Source of the DNA: Thermoleophilia bacterium | Lineage (GTDB): Bacteria > Actinomycetota > Thermoleophilia > UBA2241 | Length of the DNA: 64,000 bases | Assembly: GCA_016933475.1 (NCBI GenBank) | Contig: JAFGAW010000027.1 | Coordinates: forward strand, 403-64,402 | Direction: 5' to 3' | Shown here: positions 12,190 through 22,446 of the stretch, one piece after another | How positions within the stretch are numbered: position 1 is the stretch's first letter | Layout: every line of letters begins with the position of its first letter | Notes under the pieces: generated by a model | What the model was told of the DNA's origin: nothing | The model's input: the letters and a program-made list of their open reading frames with translations, nothing else | The model's database searches: none | Made by a program: the position numbers and the translations under genes

Positions 12190-12867
12190 TCAGGTCGTGT
12201 GGTCTTCTCCGGAGAGCGCGGCGACGGCGGCCCGCCAGCTCTCGCGCTCCTCCGGGGACGGTTCGTCGGTCACGTGCATGTGGTGTGTCCTCAGGTAGCC
12301 GTCGAGATGCTCGACAAGACGCCTCATCTGCCCGCGCTGTACCTCGCGCAGCGACGCTCTCACCGCGTCGGTCATCTCCTCACTCCAGACGAGGCGGAAG
12401 TGCGGCAGGCAGAGGCCCTGCTCGCGCGCCGCGAAGCGGTGCGCGAGCTCCTCCTCGGCCAGGCCGCCGGCGAGCTGCAGCGCGCGGCTCGTCTGCAGGG
12501 AGGCGAGCGTCGTGCAGATGGGGCACGACGCGCCGCCCGTCGCGGGCTCGGGGCGAGAGGCGGTGCGCCGCTTCGTGGACGGGGTCTCCAGGGAGTCGAG
12601 CGCCTCCTGGAGCAGGGGGCGTGCGAGGCTCGCATTGATGAGGCCGTCTCGCCAGGTCTCCTCCTCGAGGTGCTGAAGCGCCCAGGCGTGGCTCCGGCAG
12701 AAGCCTCCGGCGCGCGCGAGCCGGCCCAGCAGTCTGGCGTTCGAGGAGCCCTCGCGGAGCAACGTGCGAAGGGCGCGGTCCTCGTCCTCGTGGGCGAGCC
12801 GGCAGAGGGGACAGCCCGGCAAGGCAAGGACGCGCAGCACCTCGACCTTCTGCAGGCGGTCCAGCAT
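12190..12867 (-). CDS. Second DUF6062-like Cys/His protein (paralogue)
   Basis: GCPLC..GGFCRSHAW; CPIC..GLCLPH; start taken at ATG 12867 (MLDRLQKV) rather than the ORF-track start inside the dynamin gene. Confidence 0.75.
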   Translation of the reverse strand: MLDRLQKVEVLRVLALPGCPLCRLAHEDEDRALRTLLREGSSNARLLGRLARAGGFCRSHAWALQHLEEETWRDGLINASLARPLLQEALDSLETPSTKRRTASRPEPATGGASCPICTTLASLQTSRALQLAGGLAEEELAHRFAAREQGLCLPHFRLVWSEEMTDAVRASLREVQRGQMRRLVEHLDGYLRTHHMHVTDEPSPEERESWRAAVAALSGEDHTT

Positions 12868-12910
12868 CAGTCGCCGAAGCCGTGGCGTCGTGCGGCGGCG
12901 CGCGGCATCG

Positions 12911-14686
12911 TCAGCCGCCGCCGACGAGGATCGCCCGTGCAGCCCGGATGCTCTCCAGTTCCGCGGAGGCCTGGCGGCGTGCGCTCTCGGCCTCGCCGGC
13001 GGCCAGCCTTCGCTGCTCCAGCCCTCGCGCGACGGCGCCGTCGATGGAGCGCGCAATCCCGTCGAGCTGCTCGTGACCCTCGCGACGGACCCGGAGAGCG
13101 GCTTCGCGGAGACCGGCGGCGAGCTCGCTGCGCAGGCGCCCCGCGTGACGGTTGGCGAGCTCGCCGGCCCGTTCGCGGGAGCGTCGTGCGAGCAGCCGCC
13201 GCCGCAGCGGGCCCGGCACGGGTGCCTGCAGCGCCCCCGTCAGCATCTCGAGGCCGACCGGGTCGTCGCGCAGCTTGACGTCGACCGTCGGGGTGAGCTC
13301 TCCGGGTGACAAGCGCTGCGGGCGGGCGATCGTCACGCCGAGGACGCGCTCGGTGTCCCGGGTCAGCTCGACGGCGAGGCGGTCGAGAGCCTCGAGCAGG
13401 CGGGCCGCCGCGTCTCCCACACCCTCCTGCACGACGGCGGCCTCGAAGGTCGTCCGCGAGGCGAGCGCGGCGGCGATCGTCGCCGCCATGAGCTCGTCGA
13501 CGCGCTTCTCGTCGACCCGCTCGTCGCCCCGCAGGACGGGCTCGAGCGCCTCGAGCAGGTCACTCTCGAGCGCCCGGCGGAAGGCCGCGGCCCGGTCGCT
13601 CAGGGCACGCTCCACCTCCTTCACGCGGTGATCGAAGACGGCGTCCTGCTCTTCGGCAAGGCGGGTGATCGTGCCCCGGCTGGCGGTCAGCTCCTCCAAG
13701 GCGACGCCGAGTTCCTGCTCGCTGCGGCCGGCCACCTCGGCGAGCACCAGGTGCTCGGTCTCGAGCTCGTCGAGCAGGGCGAGGACGCGGCGCTCGGCGC
13801 GTGCGGCGTGCAGCGCCTCGTACCGCTCCTCGAGAAGCGCGGTCAATCGCGAGTGCAGCTCGGGTACGCCGCTCGCCGGGTCGCCGTCGAGGGCGGCCTT
13901 GGCCGACACGGCGAAGACCGGTGCGTCGCTGAGCCCGACGCCGGCCAGACGGCCGGCGACGAACGCGAGAGCCTCGGCTGCCTCGCTGCCCGAGAGGTAG
14001 TCGGTCTTGTTGAGCGCGAACAGCAGCTCGGCGCCGCGCTCGCGGAGATCGACGGCCAGCCGCTCCTCGGCCTCGGTGAGAGGCTGGTCGACCGAGAGCA
14101 CGATGAGTGCCACGTCGACCTGGGGAAGGAAGGCGAGCGTGTGGTGGCTGCCGGTCTCGAGCACCGAGCCGAGACCGGGCGTGTCGACGAGCACCGTGTG
14201 CGACGGGAGGTCGAGCTCCGGCAGCGTGATCTCGACGCGCGACAGGCCACGCCGGTTCCCCGGGTTGCCGGCCTCGGTGACGTAGTCGGCCAGGCGCTCG
14301 ACGTCGAGCGTGGTCTGCGAGCCGTCCTCGGCACAGGCCATCGAGCGCCGGGGACCCCGGCGCAACACGGTGACCACCGACGTGAGGGGGACGACGCCGA
14401 CGGGGAGGAGGCGCCGTCCGGCGAGGGCGTTGAGGAGCGTGCTCTTGCCGCGTTTGAACTCGCCGAGGGCGACGACGTACAGTCCCGCCTCGTCGACGCG
14501 CCGCCGCACGGCGTCGATCCGCTCGCGTTCGCTCTGGTCGAAGCTCCGGAGGCGCAGACGACGGAGGGCTTCGGCCGCCCGACCCGGGGCCTCGGCGGGC
14601 GGCGCCTCGGGGCTCGCGACGGTGGGCGTGTCGGGGGCGACCGGGGCCTCCTCGCCTCGTGTCGCGTGTGCCTCGGCTGGCGTCAC
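12911..14686 (-). CDS. Bacterial dynamin-like GTPase
   Basis: G1 GEFKRGKST, G2 VPLT, G3 DTPG, G4 NKTD, VSAK, long helical C-terminus; SD GAGGAG before GTG. Confidence 0.9.
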   Translation of the reverse strand: MTPAEAHATRGEEAPVAPDTPTVASPEAPPAEAPGRAAEALRRLRLRSFDQSERERIDAVRRRVDEAGLYVVALGEFKRGKSTLLNALAGRRLLPVGVVPLTSVVTVLRRGPRRSMACAEDGSQTTLDVERLADYVTEAGNPGNRRGLSRVEITLPELDLPSHTVLVDTPGLGSVLETGSHHTLAFLPQVDVALIVLSVDQPLTEAEERLAVDLRERGAELLFALNKTDYLSGSEAAEALAFVAGRLAGVGLSDAPVFAVSAKAALDGDPASGVPELHSRLTALLEERYEALHAARAERRVLALLDELETEHLVLAEVAGRSEQELGVALEELTASRGTITRLAEEQDAVFDHRVKEVERALSDRAAAFRRALESDLLEALEPVLRGDERVDEKRVDELMAATIAAALASRTTFEAAVVQEGVGDAAARLLEALDRLAVELTRDTERVLGVTIARPQRLSPGELTPTVDVKLRDDPVGLEMLTGALQAPVPGPLRRRLLARRSRERAGELANRHAGRLRSELAAGLREAALRVRREGHEQLDGIARSIDGAVARGLEQRRLAAGEAESARRQASAELESIRAARAILVGGG

Positions 14687-14701
14687 ATCCCTCTCCTCAC
14701 G

Positions 14702-14737
14702 AAAAAAGCTCCTGCCCGGTCGGTTCGGACAGAAGCC
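14702..14737 (-). terminator. Intrinsic terminator forming the riboswitch expression platform
   Basis: Stem GGCTTCTGTCCG / CGGGCAGGAGCT followed by a T run; 5' arm overlaps the pseudoknot strand of the aptamer. Confidence 0.85.
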
Positions 14738-14773
14738 ATCAGCGCCTCAGCGCGGTTCGCGAGCTTCATCGCG
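14729..14773 (-). ncRNA. Fluoride riboswitch (crcB motif) aptamer
   Basis: Minus strand CGCGATGAAGCTCGCG-AACCGC-GCTGAGGC-GCTGATGGCTTCTG: P1 cgcga/tcgcg, conserved GATG, AACCGC and GCTGATG, pseudoknot GAAGCT pairing with GGCTTC. Confidence 0.9.
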
Positions 14774-14781
14774 TGGAAAGC

Positions 14782-16211
<1,430 letters not shown>

Positions 16212-16480
16212 GGCGGACCGGGGAGCGAGGGGTCTGTCCGGCACGCGTCGGAGTGGCGCCGGCTCTGCCCGGGCGCCCGTCGTGGTCCGTCGGGGTGGCA
16301 CGGGGACGCCCGATAGCGGCTCAGTGCCGGGCCCGCCCGGTGTCGGCTCGCGGCCGTGCCCGACCTGACGCCGCACGGGTGGACAACTCGGCGCGGCCGA
16401 CCCACACTGTGACGACGAGGCGCGGCGCGGCCGGGTGAGGCGGCGCCACGCCGGACCGGCAGACGAAAGGAACGGGGCGC

Positions 16481-17329
16481 ATGTACTGTCCTGAGTGTGG
16501 CACCGAGGCGGGCGAGGCGAAGTTCTGCCCCGAATGCGGCGCCGATCTCGGAGCGGTGCGGGGCGCCCTCAAGGGCAAGGTGGCCGCCAAAGGGCCGGGC
16601 GGCAAGGCCGGCCCGGGCGGCAGGGCCGGCGGTGGGCGCCAGGGCGGCGCGGCCGGCGGCGGCAAGGGCCACGCGGGCTCCGGCGGGCCTGCCGCTCAAG
16701 AGGCCGCTCCGGCTCCGTCCGGCGGCCTCTCCCCCCGCGTCCTCTGGGTGATCGTCGCCGTCGTCGCCGTCGCGGTCGTCGTCGCGGTCGCACTACTCTC
16801 GGGCGGCAGCGAGCAGCCGGCGGCCGACGCCGGCTCCGGGGGCATGACGTCCGGGGGTGTCACGCCCGTGGCCGTCGACCTCTCCGGCAGCTACCGCGAG
16901 CTCGTGCAGCGGGCCCATGACCTCTACGACCAGGGTGATGCGCTCATCCAGGCCGGGGACTTCGAGCAGGGCGTCGAGTACTTCGCCGCCGCCGCCCAGG
17001 TCTACGAGGCGGCTTGGGCCAAAGAGCCCGGCGACCCCAATGTGGGCACCGACTGGGCGACCTCGCTCTTCTACAGCGGCGACTTCGACGCGGCGGTCGC
17101 CCAGGTCGAGGTCGTCCTCGAGGAGAGCCCCGACTTCCAGCCCGCCTGGTTCAACCTCGGCAACTACCTGCAGCACCAGGCGCGCATGGCCGAGAGTTCG
17201 GGCGACACGGCCGAGGCGGAGCGGCTCAACGAGGCGACGCGAGAAGCCTACGAGACGGCTGCCGAGATCGACCCGGCCTCGGACACGGGCATCGAGGCGG
17301 CGGCACGCGCCGCCGAACTCGCCGAATAG
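16481..17329 (+). CDS. Zinc-ribbon + transmembrane + TPR-repeat protein
   Basis: MYCPECG..AKFCPECG ribbon, Gly-rich linker, one TM helix, TPR-like repeats (AWFNLGNY). Confidence 0.8.
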   Translation: MYCPECGTEAGEAKFCPECGADLGAVRGALKGKVAAKGPGGKAGPGGRAGGGRQGGAAGGGKGHAGSGGPAAQEAAPAPSGGLSPRVLWVIVAVVAVAVVVAVALLSGGSEQPAADAGSGGMTSGGVTPVAVDLSGSYRELVQRAHDLYDQGDALIQAGDFEQGVEYFAAAAQVYEAAWAKEPGDPNVGTDWATSLFYSGDFDAAVAQVEVVLEESPDFQPAWFNLGNYLQHQARMAESSGDTAEAERLNEATREAYETAAEIDPASDTGIEAAARAAELAE

Positions 17330-17346
17330 TCCGTGCCGGGCACGCC

Positions 17347-18783
17347 GTGACCGAGCGCACCGACCCGCTCGCGCAGTGGCGACGGACGAAGATCGTCGCC
17401 ACGCTCGGCCCCGCCACGGCCGACGAGGCCACCGTGGAGGCCCTCGTGCGCGCCGGCATGAACGTCGCCCGCATCAACCTGTCTCACGGCACCCCGGAGG
17501 AGCACGCCGCGCTGCTCACCACGGTGCGCCGCGTCGCCGCGCGGCTGGACGCCGCGGTCGGAGTCATGGCCGACCTGCCGGGGCCCAAACTGAGGGTCGG
17601 CGACCTCGCCGAGCCCGTCGCGATCGCCGTCGGCGACCGCGTGACGCTCGGCGCCCACGCCGACCTCCCGGCCAACTTCCCCGGACTGTTGCGGCACTTC
17701 GCCGCCGGGCAGCGCGTGCTCATCGACGACGGCGCCGTCGCGCTGCGCGTGGCCGCCGTCGAGCACTCCGGCGGCTCCCACGCCAAGGTCGTCCTCGAGG
17801 CCCAGAACGCGGGCGTGATCGAGACGCGCAAGGGCGTGAACCTCCCCGACACGCCCCTGCCCATCCCGGCCTTCACGGCGGAGGACGAGGGACATCTGCG
17901 GCACGTCCTCGAGCTCGGCGTCGACTTCGTCGCCGAGTCCTTCGTGCGCTCTGCCGCCGATGTCGAGTTGTTGAAGCGACGGATCGCCGAGCTCGGCGGC
18001 GACCAGCTCGTCGTCGCCAAGATCGAGAAGCGCGAAGCACTTCTGGCTCTCGACGACATCGTCGCCGTCGCCGACGCGCTGATGATCGCCCGCGGCGACC
18101 TCGGGGTGGAGATCCCGCCCGCCGAGGTGCCGGTCTGGCAGAGGCGCATCATCAATGCCGCGCGCGTCGCGGCGCGGCCGGTGATCACGGCCACGCAGAT
18201 GCTGCAGTCGATGGTCTCGAACCCGCGCCCCACGCGGGCCGAGGCGAGCGACGTCGCCAATGCGATCTACGATTCGACCTGCGCGGTGATGCTCTCGGGC
18301 GAGACCTCGATCGGCGCCTACCCGGTCGAAGCCGTCGGCACGATGGCCGAGATCGCGCGCGTCGTCGAGGCCGACATCGCCCGCGACGGCTGGCCGCTGC
18401 AGGAGTGGGCCCAGCGCCGGGCACGGACCTCCGACGCGATCAGCTACGCCGCCTGCGACCTGGCCCGCAAGATCGGCGCCGTCGCCATCGTGACGCCGAC
18501 GGCGACGGGGGCGACCGCGCGCGCCGTCGCGCGCTACCGCCCGTCGCCGCGTATCGTCGCCGTCAGTCCCCGCCCCCGGACGGTCACACAGCTCGCGCTC
18601 GCCTGGGGCGTCACGCCTCTGCTCCGTGAAGAGGTCCCTCACGCGGACGCCGTGATCCCGAGCAGCAACGACGCCGTGCTCGCGGCCGGGCTCGCCGGTG
18701 CGGGCGACCTGGTGGTCATGACCGCCGGCCTGTACGCGACCGCCGGCTCCACCAACCTCATCAAGGCGCACGTACTTCAGTAG
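17347..18783 (+). CDS. pyk: Pyruvate kinase
   Basis: RRTKIVATLGPA, RINLSHG, DLPGPKLRVG, MIARGDLGVE, ATQMLQSM, PTRAEASDVANA; GTG start 17347. Confidence 0.97.
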   Translation: MTERTDPLAQWRRTKIVATLGPATADEATVEALVRAGMNVARINLSHGTPEEHAALLTTVRRVAARLDAAVGVMADLPGPKLRVGDLAEPVAIAVGDRVTLGAHADLPANFPGLLRHFAAGQRVLIDDGAVALRVAAVEHSGGSHAKVVLEAQNAGVIETRKGVNLPDTPLPIPAFTAEDEGHLRHVLELGVDFVAESFVRSAADVELLKRRIAELGGDQLVVAKIEKREALLALDDIVAVADALMIARGDLGVEIPPAEVPVWQRRIINAARVAARPVITATQMLQSMVSNPRPTRAEASDVANAIYDSTCAVMLSGETSIGAYPVEAVGTMAEIARVVEADIARDGWPLQEWAQRRARTSDAISYAACDLARKIGAVAIVTPTATGATARAVARYRPSPRIVAVSPRPRTVTQLALAWGVTPLLREEVPHADAVIPSSNDAVLAAGLAGAGDLVVMTAGLYATAGSTNLIKAHVLQ

Positions 18784-18981
18784 CCGGCTCCGCGCGGCGC
18801 AGGCAGTGCAGCCTCCGGAGGTGTGGCGCTCGGGCAAGGATGCGCCTGAGCCCGTGGCGTGTGGGCAGGGATGCTCGTGCCGCGGCGCGAATCAGTCGGG
18901 ACAGGGCATCGCGGCCGGCGCGGCATGCTTCCCGCCGTCTGTGAGACCCAAGGCCTTGAGGACCCGAAGGGGCGAACGAGC

Positions 18982-19395
18982 ATGGCAGCCACACGACGCA
19001 GGGCGCGCACGGCGGCCGCACGGCCGCGCGTACGCTGGGGCCGGTTCATGGCTCTCGCGCTCGTGCTGATCGCGGCCGCCCTCTACGCCGAGCCCCTGCG
19101 CGACTACTTCGTCCAGCAGGACCGCTACCAGAAGGCGGCCGGAGCCCTCGAGACGGCGCAGGCCGAGAACGCGGCCCTCCGCGCCGAGATCGAGCGCCTC
19201 GGGACCGATGCCTACATCGCCGAGAAGGCGCGCTCCGACCTGCAGATGGTGCCGCAGGGGATGCAGGCCTTTGTGGTCAAGGGCCTGCCCGGCGAGGAGG
19301 CCGCGGCGGGCGGCGCCGACGAGCAGGCGGTCGTGTCCGAGCGGCTGTCGCCGTTCGAGCGTCTCAGTGACCTCTGGCGGACGCTCTCCGAGTAG
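18982..19395 (+). CDS. ftsB: Septum formation initiator (FtsB/DivIC family)
   Basis: Basic N-terminus, TM helix, coiled coil, YIAEKARSDLQMV; eno-ftsB-DUF501-ppx synteny. Confidence 0.8.
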   Translation: MAATRRRARTAAARPRVRWGRFMALALVLIAAALYAEPLRDYFVQQDRYQKAAGALETAQAENAALRAEIERLGTDAYIAEKARSDLQMVPQGMQAFVVKGLPGEEAAAGGADEQAVVSERLSPFERLSDLWRTLSE

Positions 19396-19499
19396 CGCCG
19401 GCTCCGCCGTCACACGAGCGAGTGTGACGTGCCCGATGCGAGTCGCGCGGGTCGTGGCGGGAGTGTGACGTCTCCCGCCGCGGCGTGTACGCTGCCGGC

Positions 19500-20093
19500 A
19501 TGGTCGCCGACCCCACGCGTCAAGCAGAGTCGTCCTTCCCCGGCGCCGTCACGGCCGACGACCTGCGCGTCGTGGCTGGCCAGCTCGGGCGTCGGCCGCG
19601 CCGGATGAGCGCCGTCGCGGTCCGCTGCCCGCACGGGTTCCCGGCGGTCGTCGAGGTCCTGCCGGTCGACGAGCGCGGCCGCCCCTTCCCGACCCTGTAC
19701 TACCTCACCTGCCCTACCGCGGTCGCGGCGATCGGGGCGCTGGAGAGCGCCGGCGGCGTCGAGCGCTTCCAGCGCGCGGTCGACGGCGATGACGGCCTGC
19801 GGGCGGCGCTCGCCGGAGCCGTGGTCGAGACGCGCACGCGGCGCCAGGAGCTCGTGCGCGAGCTCGCGCACGAGGATGCCGCCTTCCGGCTGTCGGCCGC
19901 GGGTACCGCGAGTCTCGCCACCGGCGTCGGCGGCGTCGCCGACCCGTCGTGCCTCAAGTGCCTGCACGCCCACGCGGCGCACGCCCTCGCGCGGACGGCG
20001 TATCGCCTGGGCGCGGAGATCATCGCCGCGGTCGGCGAACTCTGGTGCGAGGACCGCCGCTGCGCGGCGTTCGTGCCGGAGGAGGCGCAGTGA
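19500..20093 (+). CDS. DUF501 family protein, probably leaderless
   Basis: QLGRRPR, RCPHGFP, PFPTLYYLTCP, KCLHAH; TACGCT at 19488-19493 lies 6 nt before the ATG. Confidence 0.9.
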   Translation: MVADPTRQAESSFPGAVTADDLRVVAGQLGRRPRRMSAVAVRCPHGFPAVVEVLPVDERGRPFPTLYYLTCPTAVAAIGALESAGGVERFQRAVDGDDGLRAALAGAVVETRTRRQELVRELAHEDAAFRLSAAGTASLATGVGGVADPSCLKCLHAHAAHALARTAYRLGAEIIAAVGELWCEDRRCAAFVPEEAQ

Positions 20094-20133
20094 GGGCGCC
20101 GCAGCGCGCCGTGTGGGTCAAGAAGGACGCGCC

Positions 20134-21081
20134 GTGAAGGTCGCCGTCGTCGACCTCGGGACCAACACGTGTCGTCTGCTGCTCGCCGACGTCGTCGACG
20201 GGCGTCTGACGAGTGTGACGGCGCGCGAGACCCAAGTCGTCCGGCTCGGGCAGGGGGTCGACGGCCGCGGGCGTCTCGCGCCCGCGGCCGTCGACCGCAC
20301 CCTCGCCTGCCTCGCTCGCTACACGGCCGCCACCGCGGCCTATCGTCCCCAGCGCTCGCTGCTCTTCGCCACGAGCGCCCTGCGCGACGCCTCCGACGGC
20401 GAGGAGTTCCTGCGCCGCGTGGAGGCCCGGTACGGCTGGCCCTGGGAGATCATCGAAGGCGATCTCGAGGGGCGGCTCGCCTTCCGCGGTGCAGTCGCCG
20501 GGCTCGCTCGTCCCGTGCAGGAGCGGCTCTTGGTCGTCGACATCGGCGGCGGCAGCACCGAGCTGATCGTCGGTAGCGGGGTCACGGGGCAGGTCGCCGC
20601 CGTCCGCAGTGTCGACATCGGGGCGGTGCGCCTGACCGAGCGCTGCTTCGCCGACGATCCGCCGACCGACGTGCAGTGGGCGGCGGCGAGCACACTCGTC
20701 GCGAACGCGCTCGCCGCCGCCTCCGCCGAGGTCGCCGCCGCCGCGGGACGTCCCGGGGTCGGTCTCGGCGTCGCCGGCACCTTCACCACGCTCGTCGCCT
20801 ACGTCTTGGAGTTGCGCGAGTGGCGCCGCGAGCTCGTGGACGGCTACGAGTTGAGCCGCGAGACGATCCTCGGCGCGGTCGCCCGCTTCCGGTGCCTCAC
20901 GAGCGCCCAGCGGGCCGAGCTGCCGGGCATCCGCCGCGGCCGCGAGGATGTGATCCTCGCGGGCGCGCTCATCGCTGCCGAGTCGTGCGGCGCCTTCGGG
21001 CTCGATGCCCTGCGTGTCTCCACGTCGGGCATCCTCGAGGGCGCCGGCCTGTGGGTCGCCGGGCGGCCCGACCTCGGTTGA
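20134..21081 (+). CDS. ppx: Ppx/GppA family exopolyphosphatase
   Basis: VAVVDLGTNTCRLL, ATSALRDA, VVDIGGGSTEL, IGAVRLTE. Confidence 0.93.
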   Translation: MKVAVVDLGTNTCRLLLADVVDGRLTSVTARETQVVRLGQGVDGRGRLAPAAVDRTLACLARYTAATAAYRPQRSLLFATSALRDASDGEEFLRRVEARYGWPWEIIEGDLEGRLAFRGAVAGLARPVQERLLVVDIGGGSTELIVGSGVTGQVAAVRSVDIGAVRLTERCFADDPPTDVQWAAASTLVANALAAASAEVAAAAGRPGVGLGVAGTFTTLVAYVLELREWRRELVDGYELSRETILGAVARFRCLTSAQRAELPGIRRGREDVILAGALIAAESCGAFGLDALRVSTSGILEGAGLWVAGRPDLG

Positions 21082-21205
21082 GCCGACCGGTGTCGGTGCC
21101 CGCGCGCGCGGCGTGGCACTCGGGGAGCGGCAGAGAAGGCGGGCGGTCGAGCGGACCGGCGCTCGACGGGCCATCGGCGTCCGCCCGCGTATACTCTGCG
21201 CTGAT

Positions 21206-21294
21206 GCCGGAGTGGCGGAACTGGTAGACGCAGGGGACTTAAAATCCTCAGTCCCGCGAGGGACGTCCGGGTTCGACTCCCGGCTCCGGCACCA
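21206..21294 (+). tRNA. trnL: tRNA-Leu (anticodon UAA), long variable arm, encoded CCA
   Basis: GCCGGAG acceptor stem, GGAACTGGTAGAC D arm, GACT-TAA-AATC anticodon loop, GGTTCGACTCC T arm; TATACT -10 at 21190-21195. Confidence 0.97.
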
Positions 21295-21353
21295 CAGTGC
21301 AAGAGTACACGCCGGGGACGTGAACGAACGCCTCCGGTCGTGGGAGAGACGCG

Positions 21354-22445
21354 CTACCAGCGCCTCGGCATCTTCGGCACCGGGGTCTCGTCGCCCCGAG
21401 GGCGGGCCCGAGACCGCTGCCGGTCCTCCACGACTGCCGTGGAGCGTGCCGCACGGGCCGCTTCCTGCTCAGCCGACAAGTCGAAGTCGCGAGGGAGATG
21501 ACAGGCGATCCGCCGGCCGTCGCGGTCCTCGAGTGGCGGGATTTCTTGGTCGCAGACGTCCATGCGGAACTTGCAGCGCGGATGGAAGCGGCAGCCGCTC
21601 GGCGGGTCGATGGCGCTGGGCACATCGCCGGAGAGGGCCGCACCCGCACTGCGCCGGTCGGGATCCGGCGACGGCACGCTGGCCAGCAGCGCCAGTGTGT
21701 AAGGATGACGGGGATCTTCGAAGATCGTGGCCGTCGGGCCGCTTTCGACGATCTTGCCCAGGTACATCACGGCCACTGCGCTGGCGACCGACTCGACGAC
21801 CGCCAGATCGTGGGCGATGAACAGGTAGGAGAGAGTGAGTTCGATCTGCAGCCGGTGCAGCAGGGTGAGGATCCGGGCCTGCACCGAGACATCGAGGGCA
21901 GAGGTCGGTTCGTCCAGCACCATGAGGTCGGGCGACAGCGCCAGCGCCCTCGCGATGGCGATGCGCTGGCACTGACCGCCGCTGAACTCGTGCGGCCGCC
22001 GCCAGAGGTGCTGCGTGCCGAGGCCGACCATCTCGAGCAACTCGACCACGCGCTCGCGGAGAGCGTCGCCGCTGATCTCGCTGCCTACCCGCAACGGTTC
22101 GGCGACCAGGTCGTGGACCGTCATGCGCGGATTCAGCGAGGAGTAGGGATCCTGGAAGACGACCTGCATCCCTCGGCGCGCGGTCCGTTGTGTACCCCTC
22201 GAAAGAGCCAGCAGGTCGCGCCCGGCGAAGACGATGCTGCCCTTCTGCGGCTTGTTGAGCCCCAGGATGGCGTGCGCAACGGTTGTCTTGCCGGAGCCGG
22301 ACTCGCCGACCAGAGCAAGGGTCGTGCCTCTCTCGAGCGAGAAGCTCACTTCGTCGGCGGCGTGCACTGTGTCGATCGACTTACGCGTCAGACCGCGGCG
22401 TATCTTGAAGTGGACGGTCAGGTCCTCGACCTCCAGAAGGGACAC
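21354..22445 (-). CDS. Oligopeptide/dipeptide ABC transporter ATP-binding subunit (OppF/DppF-like)
   Basis: GESGSGKT, FQDPYSSLNP, FSGGQCQR, LDEPTSALD, C-terminal GCRFHPRC. Confidence 0.93.
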   Translation of the reverse strand: MSLLEVEDLTVHFKIRRGLTRKSIDTVHAADEVSFSLERGTTLALVGESGSGKTTVAHAILGLNKPQKGSIVFAGRDLLALSRGTQRTARRGMQVVFQDPYSSLNPRMTVHDLVAEPLRVGSEISGDALRERVVELLEMVGLGTQHLWRRPHEFSGGQCQRIAIARALALSPDLMVLDEPTSALDVSVQARILTLLHRLQIELTLSYLFIAHDLAVVESVASAVAVMYLGKIVESGPTATIFEDPRHPYTLALLASVPSPDPDRRSAGAALSGDVPSAIDPPSGCRFHPRCKFRMDVCDQEIPPLEDRDGRRIACHLPRDFDLSAEQEAARAARSTAVVEDRQRSRARPRGDETPVPKMPRRW

Positions 22446-22446
22446 G

